Below are positions 37,547 through 51,081 of a stretch of 64,000 nt of DNA, piece after piece; the stretch's first letter is position 1, and each line of letters begins with the position of its first letter. This stretch comes from Schmidtea polychroa (taxonomy: Eukaryota), in NCBI GenBank assembly GCA_044892525.1, contig CM097885.1, positions 255,874,001 through 255,938,000 on the forward strand, given 5' to 3'. A program made the translations under genes and the position numbers. Below the pieces are notes generated by a model that was given only the letters and a program-made list of their open reading frames with translations, did no database searches and was not told the origin of the DNA.

Positions 37547-37915
37547 CCATAGATCAATATAATTATAGTCTATTACTTGTCATTTTTGTTGGTTTCATAA
37601 ATTCAAATAGACTTTTCAGCAAATTTAGATATTTTATTTCTTTTATTTTATTTCCATTAGAATATTTTAATTTATTATCATTTAATAAAATAATTAAAAA
37701 ATTGTAAAAAAAAGTAACTTGGAAATTTCTATCTGTTAAAAAACAATTTCAAGCTATTTTAATATTGAAATTATTCATTAAAGTTGATTATTTACCAATT
37801 CAAATTTCGATGTTGATTGTTTAAATAATAATCTGTTATAATAGATATAAACGATAACTTTTCAAATACAGTTTTAAAATTATAATTAATTTTCAATAAA
37901 GATAATTTAACAGAA

Positions 37916-38197
37916 ATGATCCCAAAGCCAAAAGTCTATAAACTGAGATCATCAACTGAAAACCTTGATGAAATTCCAGAAAAAGAATCTTCTATACAAA
38001 ACATGAATAATTTAGAGAAAATTCTGATGAATTATAAATTGAAACCGATCTCAGCAACTGGCTATAGTAAGATTGGTCAACAAATCTATCGGAAATCCAC
38101 CAACAAAGGATTTAATTTTAACTTAATGATAGTCGGTTGTAGTGGTCTGGGTAAATCGACATTTCTCAACACTTTATTCCGCACCCAATTTCCCCAG
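37916..38197 (+). CDS. Septin (SEPT7-group-like, divergent), exon 1: polybasic region and G1 P-loop GCSGLGKST
   Basis: QQIYRKSTNKGFNFNLMIVGCSGLGKSTFLNTLF matches the septin N-terminal GTPase consensus. Donor CAG|GTGAAT at 38198, phase 0. Confidence 0.9.
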
Positions 38198-38254
38198 GTG
38201 AATTAATTCTAGAATTGATTGATTTTTAGGTTTATTTTCCCCCGATAATAATAG

Positions 38255-38569
38255 AACACAAAAACCTCTGGAGTCGTGGAAAACACTTATAAACTGATCG
38301 AAAACGATGTTGAATTGACTGTGAAATTAATCGAAGTTACAAAATTCGGTGACAAAATCAACAACTCGAAATCGTGGAAAAAAATCGACGACTATCTCGA
38401 AAAATGCTTTGCAAAACAAATGAATATCGAATCGAAAATCAACCGAACGGCAAATGAGATTTCTGTTGATCATTTAGTGCATGCTTGTCTGTATTTTATT
38501 CAACCGAAAAGCGATAAAATTTGTTTGAAAGATCTTGATTTGGAATTTATGAAAAATGTTCATTACAAG
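38255..38569 (+). CDS. Septin exon 2 (G3 region reads EVTKFGD; HACLYFI motif)
   Basis: Acceptor AATAG ends at 38254 (57-bp intron). The nearer AG at 38229 hits a stop. Donor AAG|GTCAGT at 38570, phase 0. Confidence 0.88.
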
Positions 38570-39562
38570 GTCAGTTGTAATTATTTTTTTTGTAACAGAA
38601 AAAGTATGGTTACGTAATCACATGGCTATTAAAAATGATCTAACATACACAACGCTTCCTTTGCGGATTACAATCAATTAGTCATAAGGTGGTTTGTAAG
38701 TTATCAACGAGTCCCCCCCCCCTCAACCATAATCTGATTGAACAAGTATAAAATTCGCTTAGATAATCGTTCTATTATAATTAATAACCCGGTAACTCGT
38801 CATAATTAGCATAAATATTCTGGTCAATCACTAATTCATTATCACATTTGATTTCTATGATTGGCTAATACAATTTATTGAATTAAATTTGGCATAAATT
38901 CTACAAAATCTCTTATAGCCAACTTTCCGGTCATTTGATAATTGCGATTTAATTTTTTTATTCAGTTTTAATTGGCTGTTGAGATTGCTTGAATTTGATT
39001 GGTGGATTCTTTCGCAGATTTTTCATTAGAAAATTTTATTGATTTTTAATGAGTAAAATTAAACTTTTCAAGCAAAATATTTATTTCTAAAACAATTGAT
39101 TATGGTTTTTTATTTTTAAATTTCAAACGTTATTTTCTTTATTGTGTTGAATGGTCTGGAATGACATTTGATAGTAGAGGTAAGAAATGTATTTTATAGA
39201 TTGACGTCCTTAATAAATGCTTTGTAAAAAAATCGTTTATTGTGGAACAGAATGTTTTCGGAACATATATACATTGAACAAGAATTTTCGGGGCCTAGGA
39301 AAGAAAACTATGATTGGGCCCTTCCATATTAAAAAAGCAAGAAATATAAAATTTAACATTAAACCAAAATAAAATATTGTAAACCCTCTAGGTATATAGA
39401 TCCGACCTTTGAACCTGACCATAAGCAATAAAGTGTATATTATAAGAACTTCTTTCAATTTTCGGCACAGCCTTTTGTAAATTACTTGAAAAAGACTGTG
39501 CTGAAATTTCGTGAATATCTAAAAAAACATCAATATCTTTACTGATTCATAGTAAATTTTTT

Positions 39563-39565
<3 letters not shown>

Positions 39566-39645
<80 letters not shown>
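39566..39645. repeat. (TA)n microsatellite
   Basis: Direct reading. Confidence 0.95.
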
Positions 39646-39648
<3 letters not shown>

Positions 39649-39955
39649 TGGTGAGCTATGCATGTCCCGCGGGGGCTCGGCAGAGCCCCTTGTTAACCTT
39701 TTAAAAATTTTGCGAGCCCCTTGTTGTTCTTTCAACTGTGATTTTGCGCTTCACTTCAAATTAAAATTTCTATTGTTTTGGTAGTAAACATTTTTAAAAC
39801 AATTTTACCGCATTTGTATATCAAAAAAAAATTTTCTGGACGCTTTTATATTTTACTAAAAAATCAAATTCGGAAAAAAGCATTTTTTTCTGTACGAAGA
39901 ACACCTAATTTTTCTTTTGCGAGCCCTTTGTTGTTTTTTTCACAGCTCACCACTG
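39646..39955. mobile_element. hAT MITE abutting a (TA)n tract in septin intron 2
   Basis: TIR CAGTGGTGAGCT / AGCTCACCACTG; flanks TATATATA / TATATATC. Confidence 0.8.
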
Positions 39956-40459
39956 TATATATCCATCCCCAACTATATATGATCCATTTACAAGCCAAAG
40001 CAATTAACTTTTTTTTGAAAGCTTTTAAAAATTTTATTGCCGAAGCATTTGTTATATTTAAATATATTTCCCTAATAAATTAATGCCACTAAATGTAAAT
40101 TTGAATATAAATTTCATTTATTAATTTTTTCTACTTTTTCTTTTGTGGAGTTAATCGATTAAGCAAATAAGCGTCTCATAGAACAATGCGATCTTACAAT
40201 GACCTACAGCCATTAACTAACCACGGAGAAGTGTGCTATGTTAGAAAATGAATTAAATTCTACAAATTCTCCAAATAACTTTTTTGATATTGTTTCCATT
40301 ATGTTTTCAGTGCGGAAATTTGACAACCCGAATCTGCATCTTATCTAATCGTATTGTTGATAATTGCTTCAGTTGTTGTTTTTATTTTCATAATTAATTT
40401 TTTGTGTGTTTGTGTTTTTTGTTTGTGCTAGTGTGCCAATTATCTATGAAATAATCCAG

Positions 40460-40720
40460 GTCCATCTGATTCCGATTATCGCCAAAGCTGATTCGATGAC
40501 GCCCAGTGAATTGCAAATCAACAAATCGAATTTAATGGCCGAATTGCACTTTCACGAGATCAATTATTTCAAATTCACAATGCTAGAAGAATCCGGATGG
40601 AGACTGGAATCAAACTCAGTTGTTAAGTTACAGGAGAAACGAGTCGTTCAGAGTTTCATTGAAAGATTTCCATTTGCAGTTGTCGGTGGAAACGAATCAG
40701 CGATAAACGACAAAGATCAA
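40460..40720 (+). CDS. Septin exon 3 (G4 motif IPIIAKAD; FPFAVVG)
   Basis: Acceptor CCAG ends at 40459. Donor CAA|GTTAGA at 40721 is inferred from phase-0 fit to the next exon. Confidence 0.85.
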
Positions 40721-41749
40721 GTTAGAGGAAGTTTTGTTAAAATTTTAATAAACTTTCAATTATTAATTAAAATTATTTTTCGAGTTCGCACATAATAAGG
40801 TTTTTCTATAATTATTGACAGTAGTAAGTCTTGGCCTATGCAAACGCATGACCTTTTAATTATGTTTTATATTACTTACTATGATTTTTGAGGGATATCA
40901 AATATAAGTGGGGATCGGTTAGTTTTATTTTATATAGTATTTTTAAGGAGTCTTTCGCCATTTTCAGTTACCAAAATACTCAAAACCATTACATTTTCTG
41001 ACATTTATAATATTCTTTAGCTGTTTGTAAATCTACTATTTACTGGTTCCTTGTAATTGCATTGATATGTTGATTTCTAGCGCGGTCCGCAGTTATAAAA
41101 TTTCCATTCATTTTTAAAATTATATCTATTAGAAATCACATAGTTGGGTATATTGTAGTTTATCGGTGATTATTAAACTACCAGTTTTTGGTTTGACTCC
41201 AATCCCAACGAATAAAAACTTTATTGATTATCACAAATGATTACAACGAATTTAACGATATTAATTTTCAACACACTTCAGATATTTCAAATGCTTATTA
41301 CGACCGTTCGGGAGGAATAGAACAATAATGATAATACTCTGAGAACACAACCACTTGACCACTGCCGGTAACGAGCGATTAGCAAAATTGATCCGATTGT
41401 CTTCTTGACTTGATTTGAATTCTTCAACTACTTCTGTTTTTCCTTGTCTCTCTTAGTTTGTGTCCAGTTTTTATACCTTGCCATCTAACGGAACTTATTG
41501 ATAATGCATTCCTTTTTTACCTGTTTTATTGGGCATATACATTTTTTGACGATATCATCTCTCGAATTGTTTTTTACGATCTTATTGGATTTCTTTCGAT
41601 CATATTGGAATAAAATATATTAATAATTAAATAATTTAATTGTTTTTCAACCATTTTGGAATTTTAATAAATCGTAATAGATATTTAATCAATCATTTTG
41701 GAATCCATAAAATGAGACTTAACAATAGAACGAAAGATTATGAAACATA

Positions 41750-41950
41750 TGTTTTCTGTAAATCCGAAATACACTAAATAGCTCCAATAAGTGTCTTCAG
41801 TCGCATAAGCATTCAAATTTACACCATAAACATTTACTTCGATTAAAACTTGAATTGACAGTTATTTGATGCAACCAAATTTCTTACTTCATTAGTCTTG
41901 TGTATACTTGCATTGTCCATTACATAAACCACATTTTCCCAACCGCGTTC
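41750..41950 (-). mobile_element. IS630/Tc1-type DDE fragment
   Basis: ENVVYVMDNASIHKTNEV matches the VMDNASIH second-Asp motif. Confidence 0.5.
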
Positions 41951-42610
41951 ATTTTTTTATAAAAACAAACTATTTAAATATGCACAAATTGAATCGAAAT
42001 TGAATTGAAAATTGTTGGGTTTTTATTTGAAAGTCGGTCCTCTCTCTGACTCCTCGTATTCTTATTCAACTAAATAACTCGAAACCCAACACAGAATAAT
42101 TTTATTTAATCTTTATCACAATTACACTTTGTCACTATTTGCACCTTTCTCTGATCTCCTGGTTTCCTGCGCTTCTCTTCTTCTTGTTTTTCTCTTCGAC
42201 CAACTGGCGGCTTGCTCATTTCTGAGCTCTCTTTTTATACTGTTTCTGAGAGTGGCACTTAATTATTTCCCCGGGAATCCTAAATCAATATTTGAGGGTT
42301 TTTTGATTGTTTTAATTTGTTTACTCTTGATTAGGTCTCAAAATATTCCCTCTTTTTTCTTATTGCTCCTGTCTCACTGCGCATCGGGTTTCCCATGGGC
42401 TCGGGCTTTCCATTACCGATTAATTAATTTTAATTAATTTGTTTTTTCACATTAACTTTCCCTGTGAACACCTTATAAAATTTTCATTATAATTTTCATT
42501 ATTACTTATTTCAACTTAAGAACCATAATTATAAAAAAAATCTTGGAAGGAAAATAAAAATTTGTCATTGAAAGAGAAGAAGGTGAAGATTGGATTGAGT
42601 ATGTTTATAC

Positions 42611-43560
42611 ATGTTCACCGGGGTATTACACTCATTTCGCTATGGCATTCCTATGATGTGGTGTGAACTGCAAAACCACACTACTAACTGCTATTTCTGT
42701 TCGGTAGATGTGAAAGATTTCAATACAAAAAATAAAAATAAAATATCTTACCAAAACCTTAATTCAGCTATTTGCCCAGTGCCTTATAGTTCTGAAATAC
42801 CAGTTTCTTACACACCTTCTTTGGATGATATTCTTAGTGATTCTGAGAGCGGAAACCCATTACTTCCACAGGATGGTTTTTTTGTTGATCAGAAACTCCA
42901 ACCTTTTTTCAGGGTGAGCTCAATGACCTGGTTAGAGATTGAAGCCTATCAAAATACAAACCTGATGTCACCCAGAACCTCATTTTCGTGGTACAGGCAT
43001 CGCGAGAAAGAATTCACTACTTTTTTCTCCAAAGAGGGAAATCTCGTTTTTTGTAGTGATGTTGAAGGGTCAATGAAGTATTTTGAAATAAAATATGATT
43101 CATCTGAGTGGTGCCTATTCCTTGATTCATCAAAAACATGCATCACTTCCTGTAGGACACACTCGGTACACTTTGGAGGAAAACTAACTATTTGGCAATG
43201 ATCCTTGAGAAGATAAAATATCAGAAACATCGCTGAATGGTTTGTGGAGACTTCAAAATACTAACAAAGATATTGGGTTAACAGACAAGTTATACAAAAT
43301 ATCCTTTCTTCTTTTGGTTATGGGACAGTCGAGCTAAAAATTTCTTTTGAATAAAAACTGAATGGCCAATTCAAGACGCCTTAAACCCCAGTAAAAATAA
43401 CGTCATTAATGCGACCTTGGTTCCTCCTGAAATAGTTTTACCATAACTTTTTCATATTAAATTAAGGATTATGAAGCAGTTCGTTAAATAGCTGCCAAAA
43501 ACAATCCTTGATCCAAGTTCCAAAAACTGTCTGAAGCCATCTTGAAAGAGGGGTTTTTTA
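42611..43560 (+). mobile_element. DNA-transposon transposase relic, probably Chapaev3/CMC-like
   Basis: IPMMWCELQNHTTNCYFC, LNSAICPVP, EWCLFLDSSK, WMVCGDFK, LWDSRA and FHIKLRIMKQFVK across frameshifts; the superfamily assignment is from memory. Confidence 0.55.
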
Positions 43561-45066
43561 CAGGCCACGATGTACGAAACCTGTTATCAAAATTCTCTTT
43601 TCAAAAACAATCGGTAGAAATGAAAAAGGAACGTGGGACTCTTTCAGAGACGTAGTGCACCATTTTTTGCGTAATACAGTGTAATAATAAACCCATATTA
43701 GCTGCGTATAAAGCAGGTGAAGAATCGGAGCTAGTGGAAATATCCGTATAGGAGTCAAAATGTTCACCGGTTCATTTAATACCTTAACGAAGCTGGTCTC
43801 TACTCTTGCTTTGGACCTCTCAAATCCTTATTAATAATAATTATTCTTAATACCAATCAGAAGATTGTCGAATTTAGCTACACAATAAATATGATTTGAT
43901 AAAGTTTATCTAATGTTTATTCGAGTTTCACATATTTTCAAAGTACCACTTTTCACTTCTATTAATCACATACAATAATGGAGATATCCAACCGGATGTC
44001 CAAATCTAGTGTAAGATCCATTTCAATCAGTTTTACACGATCATATATAGACTTCGTTCATTTTCGAAAATCATTTTCTGACATTTTTATAAGCACGTGC
44101 CTCTTAATCACTGATCCTTGCAAACTTACCATAGGCAAGCACCACTCTACCTTGTAAACAAAATTAAGAGAGTGATTTTATGGAGAGCAAAATCACTTTA
44201 CAAAATATTTAAGAAAGAGCAAAGAAACTTTTATTGTAATTTTATAAGTGTCATGAATGTAAACAAGATTCTCGGCATTCAATGTCCTAGAGATGAATGA
44301 AATATAATCATTTCTTGCTGATCTGGATCTCTTGATTCGGAACTTTCATCCACCCTTTATATACCGATATTTTATGTTCATTACCCCTTTGGAGTTTCGT
44401 TCTAAGTAAATAACAAACAATTTCCATGATATTATACGGTCAGAAAGTTTTCTTTCTGTTTCCTTTTTACTGTTCAATGTTTTGTGTTCTTCCTGAGATC
44501 ATTGTGGTGCGGTTAAGTAATTTTTTACTCTTGTACCAACTTCATAATATATTCAATTTACTTGAAAATGAAAAGAAGTCAAAAATGTTTGTGTCACAAT
44601 ATTTATATTTATTTATTGTAATTCACCATAAACAGATAATTTGTACGCCACACTCTCATGTTATTTTTATAATAGTGACAATATACCAACCCGCAACTAA
44701 CTCAAATTGTGTTAAATTTTTTTGCAATTTTTATGGGTGTACTAATGAATTTACTAATTCTATGAATTCGACTGTATGTCACTAATAAGTATGTGTGCAT
44801 GTATCAGGTAGTATACACACATTTTTGTTTATAGCAGATTAAATTTGGAAATGGTGCATCTAGAAATAGTTGCATTCATCAATCAATGCTATCAAACTAC
44901 ATCAATAATATCTGCACTTTTATTTCCATTCACCTATTTATTTGCAAAAGGTACTAAAACCCTAATTATATATTTATTTATAACATGAGAAGTTCTAATA
45001 TTGAATTTATTCATTACGTCGAATTTAAATAAAAATAAATATTTCCATTATAAATTGGTATTTTAG

Positions 45067-45168
45067 GTGTTGGTAAGATCATATCCTTGGGGCAAGATCG
45101 AGGTGGATAATCTGGATCATTCTGATACGACTGCTGTCCGAGCTCTGTTATTGTCCACACATATGCAG
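45067..45168 (+). CDS. Septin exon 4 (septin unique element, RSYPWGKIEVDNLDHSD...STHMQ); not in the ORF track
   Basis: TTTTAG acceptor ends at 45066; CAG|GTAAAT donor at 45169. Matches the consensus RxYPWG.EV.N..H.DF..LR..L..THMQ. Confidence 0.9.
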
Positions 45169-45299
45169 GTAAATGATATTTATTAATAATATTGCTTACT
45201 GAATTTTCAGTAAAATCATTTTATCTTTTTATTCACCTTTGATATGTTATTTCCTTTAGGATTTCATTTACCTAATCGTTTTTTCTAATTTAACACAAA

Positions 45300-46750
45300 C
45301 TTTTGGCACTGCCTTTTATTGAATGTTATTTTATCGAATTGTATATTATGAATTTATTGATTGACACTTTTTTCAATCGATTATTGAACAATTTGATAAA
45401 TAAATTTATTAATATTAATTCACTGAAATTGAATTATATGTTCAAAGGATCCGTAAGTGGATTCATTCATGCGTTACGTAATAAAATCTTTATGTCATTT
45501 CAAGTTTTCAATTCGAACGAGAATTCGGCTATTTTTATGAAGGAAATTTGAAGATAGGGCTTTGTGGTTGATATTTACTCGTGGTCTATTGAAACGGTTC
45601 CAATATGGACAGGAAAGAAGTTTTTAAAAATCTCATCGGGTCTGGAAATTCATTAAATATGGGAATTAACCATTGACTTAGCACGACTTACAGTTAAATT
45701 CGGAACTCTAAATATAAGTTCTCTAACTTTTTAAGTGAATGGCCATACATAATGGATTTGTATTTTCTTTGAAGGGATAGTAACTTTTCCTATGACATTT
45801 ATTGCGGCTTGTTCTAATAAAACAATTCTCATTTAGTTCCTTGGACTTTTTATTAGTCATTCAGAAATTGTTTTTTTAAGATTAAGCAAAACCATCATGG
45901 TTGGGTTTGCAGAGTATGTAAGGAACGGAGAATAAATCCCCATCATAGGAAAAAGCCCTGAGATATTTAAAAGGCTTATTCTCTACTTATTCTATAAAGA
46001 AATGCAGATAGGTATTAGCAAATAACAATCTAAGATGTACTTTAACCATTTGTGCTAGAATAACGTGCTGTGAACAGTGATTGCTATCTGTACTAAATTT
46101 CGATGTGAGATGCATAGCATGTCATGTAATCTTTGTTAAGTTGGTAGTTCTATCCACAATTCACTGCCAATTGCTTTGGACTGATTCCAAAGTTAATTCG
46201 CAAGTTAAATATTTTCCAGGGTAAGTGGTAAGTGATTTAAAGACCATTTAATTTAATTTTAATAGAATTCTTCAATTTGACATTTAGGGAACATTGCAAT
46301 TTGCTATGTGACATCAATATTTAGGTAAGTCATAATGTGATGTACTTTACTTGTCATAGGGAATTTATTATCTTGAACTTATAACTAAAATAAAATTTGT
46401 TCTATTGATGCCCATACAAAAGTTTATGGTTGAAGTCACATAAGCTCCCGCTATTTGTCTTGAAATTGCGAACTTAGCTAGAGTCTAATTTTGAATGTTT
46501 AAATGAGGAAGATTTTGGTGAATTGTTTGCCTTCTATAGTCAGGAAACGTAGAAGACTGTCTGCTAGAAATCTTTGAACGGCGTCTAAACAGCGCTACCC
46601 AGTCATGCGCTTGACCGACGAATCTGTCAAGAAATTGTAAAAAAACTTCTAAATTGTCCAAGGTTATAGCGTTCCCAACGACATAAAGGACCTATACTAT
46701 TAGATATTAGAAAAACGCTTAGAAAAACCAAATTAATAGACTGTTTAGTT
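45300..46750 (-). mobile_element. Gypsy-like gag-pol relic in septin intron 4
   Basis: RT-like INHKALSS...NSRILVRIENL (compare IDYRALN...YPLPRIEDL); heavily decayed. Confidence 0.4.
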
Positions 46751-48114
46751 CTGCTTAATTGATTTTTCTAAAAAAATTTAATTGCCGAAATCACTTCGAT
46801 GAAGACAAAATTATAATTTATTCTGCGTTGCGTTTTTGACTTATCTACGACGCAAATTGTAGCTTAAGTGCATAAATTAGCAACTCTGCATAATTGCATT
46901 TAGATACACAACAAGACAGGATTTTATATATTAAATAATAAATTAAAATATGAAATAAAATTATTAATTAAAATAAATAATTAAAAAATAAAATTATTTA
47001 AAAAAGTAATTGATAATTAGTAAAATTTTGTAACTCTTTTTGAAAATTTCTTTTTATATGATAGATAAAAAAGAAACTGCCGAAAATTCGTGTTAAATAT
47101 TTAGAGAAATATTGATCTCTAATTGAAAAAAATAAATTAAGATCAATTATTAGAATAAATATTTAAACAATAAATAAATATAAGAAAAAGAATATCTGGA
47201 AAAATGCGTGATAAGAAGCGTGGCATAAGGAAACTATAAAGAGTTTTGTGACCCTCTCATTGAAAAGTCCTTAATAAAGGTACCGTAAGCAGGGACGCAG
47301 CCAGGATTTCAGTTTGGGAGAGCAAAATTATTAATTATTGCAATTCATCGAGCAATGTTAAAAGTTGACACGGAAAAATAGAAAAAAATATTTTAAAATT
47401 AATATTAATTGTTATATTATTATAAGAACTTTTTTCCATTTTATTTATTAAAAGAGCTTAAAGACTATAAATCAGTAATATATCGTGTTTTTGATAATCA
47501 CGAATTTTCGGCACTGAAGTCACTTGAATAATCAAAACATCAATTTATTACTGATTTATAGTCTTCAAGCTCTTTAATAAATAAAATTGCTATATCTCTA
47601 CTAGAAAAAGAGCGGTTGTGTGGAAGTAGCATTTGCAGGTTCTTTTTATTCTATCTAATCATTCGATAAATTTTCATTAATATGATCTACTTTATTTTCA
47701 GTAGATTTGTTCGAAACGGCTGTTCTTATAGAAAGAAAACTCAACAGAGTTGATTGACTTTGATTTGATTTTCTTTTATTGCTCCTTTCTATTAATAAAA
47801 TTACAGCGGTAACAAAATGAACAAAACAAAAGAATGATAGTACTTACTGTAGTGGAAAATATTCAAATGATTATTAAGCTTTTTATTATATATAAAATTA
47901 AAAAACTATTGCACTTCAAAACTATTAACTCGAAACTAGCAAAAGTAAATGTGTCAAATACGGAGAAGTGGGGGGGGGGGTGGTCTGCCAGTTAAACCGG
48001 CACTCGTCTATGTACTTTGTTGTGCCGAAAATACCGATAAACTACTGTAATAGCTGGATTTGAAAAGACTTAACTAAACATATACATTGTTTTTTTATTC
48101 TAGCTACGTCGCTG

Positions 48115-48590
48115 ACCGTAAGTACTCTCGTATAGGCCAAGTAATTTTGAATTAATTTTTTTTCAAAGTTGATGGGTCGGCTTATACACAAAACTACTTT
48201 TAATTAAAATAATTATGGTTCAATAATTAATTGATAATAAATATAATGTGTTAATTAATCATTGATTTGTTTGAATCAGTTTAATTTTTCTGCTTATCAT
48301 AGTCAGTAAAATGCGTTTTGGGGGCCATTAAACAGAACCGGTCATCATATGATTCTGCCTTTAAAATTTCAAGTTTTTGGTTTTGCAATAACTAACAACA
48401 ATTGTGCAGCAGCTCGTGAGTTTAGTATCGATGAAAAGCAAGTAAGAGAATGAAAGAAAAGGAAAAATAGTTTAGAAAATATTACCCAAAATTTCATTTT
48501 TAATAGGTCGGCTTATATGCGGTTATCTTTTTTGGACATTTTATTCAACAAAATTTAGGGGGTTCGGCTTATATGCGAGTATATATGGTA
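48115..48590 (+). mobile_element. pogo/Tigger-like non-autonomous element with a Brinker-type DNA-binding domain remnant
   Basis: Termini ACCGTAAGTACTCTCGTATAGGCC / CGGCTTATATGCGAGTATATATGGTA. Internal NNNCAAAREFSIDEKQVRE* resembles the pogo N-terminus. Confidence 0.75.
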
Positions 48591-48784
48591 AGTAAATTTT
48601 GTTATATGAGATATTATTTATGGACCATGACCATATATGAGCCTGTCTGATTGATTAAACACAGGGTCCTAAAAGGGGTTTTTTAAAATTCATGAAAACC
48701 TTTATTCCTAATTGATTTTAAGCAAATTTTTTTATTACAATTTAAGATTTATTTGACTCGATTGTTTATTATTTACATTTGTAG

Positions 48785-48979
48785 GAACTGATTAGCACCT
48801 CGCATTCGATTGTTTACGAGAATCATCGGTCGGGAACCCTGTCGAAATTGTGCCAAAATCTCGGAATTGTTACAGAAAATCAGCATCATCCTTCTGTATA
48901 TTTGGAGAAATATTTTTCAATGTTGCATGTTTCTTTGGCGAAAAAGATCAACGAAATGGAATCAGGCTTTAAAGAATTG
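48785..48979 (+). CDS. Septin exon 5 (ELISTSHSIVYENHRSGTL..., start of the coiled coil)
   Basis: TTTGTAG acceptor ends at 48784. Aligns to the consensus DLKDVTNNVHYENYRSRKL. Donor TTG|GTAATT at 48980, phase 0. Confidence 0.85.
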
Positions 48980-49000
48980 GTAATTGATTTTAGTACTGAT

Positions 49001-49264
49001 TTTTACTGGGGTCATTTGTACTGGGGTCAGTTGTACGGGGGTCATTTGTACTGGGGTCAGTTGTACGGGGGTCATTTATACTGGGGTCAGTTGTACGGGG
49101 GTCAGTTGTACTGGGGTCATTTTTACTGGGGTTAGTTGTACGGAGGTCATTTATACTGGGGTCAGTTGTACGGGGGTCAGTTGTACTGGGGTCAGTTGTA
49201 CGGGGGTCATTTATACTGGGGTCAGTTGTACTGGGGTCATTTGTACGGGGGAATAATTGTCACC
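49001..49264. repeat. 17 x 15-bp tandem array (TTGTACTGGGGTCAG-type) ending in a Mutator-like terminus
   Basis: Units counted from 49001 to 49255. The end (reverse complement GGTGACAATTATTCCCCC) resembles the 19180 MULE end GGACAATTACCCCCC. No partner arm found. Confidence 0.85.
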
Positions 49265-49766
49265 AAACCAAGCACAATTCATTGACATTAAGGTGTTGGC
49301 GCATTGCCTATCTGACTATTTGTCAATTTTTCATCGGATTCTTTTTATTTTCTATCAAAACTTTTTTCGAAATATTTCATTACTCGCTTTTGGATAGTAT
49401 TAACAGGAGATGTCATATTATAATCCCCATTAATAACAAACCCAGGAATTGCTTCACTTTTTGCAATAGTATTGAACTAAATCCCAGCCACAGAGGGACA
49501 TTTGCCTAATATTCATTAAATTACGTCCAAATGATAATATTGAACTTGTTTTTGGCTTATATTTATCATCTATTTTACCTTGCTTTTTCAATTTCTTTAG
49601 CAGTACCGGATGTTACACTTTCAATGTTAATGTCATGTTGTTTTAAATGATTTTCACCTTTACTTGAAATGATTCGTGCCCATCCAACTTGCTGGTACCG
49701 AGATTTATGTGATATTTCTTTGAAATGGTCCCAAACCTTCGATGGCATATTTGGGGCTACAAATTA

Positions 49767-49848
<82 letters not shown>
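49767..49848. repeat. (TAT)n microsatellite; similar (TAT/AAT)n tracts near 7350-7392, 50281-50346 and 51036-51080
   Basis: Direct reading; explains the poly-Ile and poly-Tyr ORFs in the track. Confidence 0.95.
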
Positions 49849-50278
49849 GGCATAAAAAAATAAAAAATGGCATTATATTTTTGACAAATTGGCATTTGAT
49901 GGCAAATTTAATAATTTTAATTAAATTTTAACTAAATGATAGAGTAAAAAATTCATTGCGGATAAAAATAAAAATTAATATTGTTAACCATAAAAATAAA
50001 AAAAACAAAATTTTACACTGGGAAGATTTAGGCATATCAATAATATTTAATAAAATGAATGGCCATTACTGTTTTAATATTAAATATTCTTTGGTCAATT
50101 CGATATATCATTCTACTTGAAAAATAAAAATCACAAATTAAATATTGTATTTTTTGATAAAATAAATAATATTCGAATGTTAATTAGATGTTAATTTATT
50201 TTTAATAATGATTGAGATACATAAATTAATATAAATCATGTTTTTTAAAAAATTAAAAATGGCATTTGGGTTGCCCTA

Positions 50279-50347
<69 letters not shown>

Positions 50348-50779
50348 TTAACTTAAATCTTAGCCCGTTTACTACAAAATTTTTTCCCAGAAATATGATG
50401 ATTATTTAATAAAACATTAAAAAAATAAGAATAAAGATTTAGAAAAGAAAAATTAATTGGGCGGAGCCAATTACGCAATTATTACAAAATATTTTGCGCT
50501 GCGTAAAACATGTTTTTTTAAGAGTTTATAAGAAATAAAAACAGATAATGAACAGATATTTATTAGACTTTTTCTTCTTGTTTTTGTTATTGTTGATTTA
50601 GATTAGTGGTGTTCAAAGTGAGTTCGGTGAAGTTTTTTCGGGTTCCTCAAAAAAAAATCTTATCTTGGAGCATTTATCTGGACTACAAACAACATTTTTA
50701 AACTATTTTCCTCTCCAAACGATTAATTATAGTTGGGTAGAAAATCCTTTTGTTGAATCTGATGATTTGAAAATTCAAA

Positions 50780-51034
50780 CCCTTTCAATACGATTTTTTT
50801 ATTTTAATAATTCATGTAATATTTATAGCACACGTGTCTACTGTTTGCTATCAACATCTAGACCAGGGGTTTCAAACTCAAACTGGCCTGCGGGCCGCAT
50901 TAGACTAGTATTATGAGCCGGCGGGCCGCAACATAAATAATTGTTTTTCAGAACATGTGGAGTCTGAAACTCCGACGTTAATATTTATTTAATTAAAAAC
51001 TCAACAAAACTAAAAAACATTTTTTTATTATTAA

Positions 51035-51081
<47 letters not shown>

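Noticed and set aside
38198-38229. 32-bp mini-intron using the AG at 38229
   Set aside because: Leads to a stop after 20 codons; the AG at 38254 restores the septin frame.
40870-40925. Short segment translating RDIKYKWGSV, like the septin RxYPWG motif; possible alternative exon
   Set aside because: It needs a phase-2 donor and none is available at the end of exon 3. Exon 45067-45168 fits better.
48984-49256. CTGV-repeat ORF resembling a Cys-rich or antifreeze-like protein; the array also looks CRISPR-like
   Set aside because: Alternate frame of a head-to-tail 15-bp array with no spacers; begins at a non-ATG codon at a splice donor.
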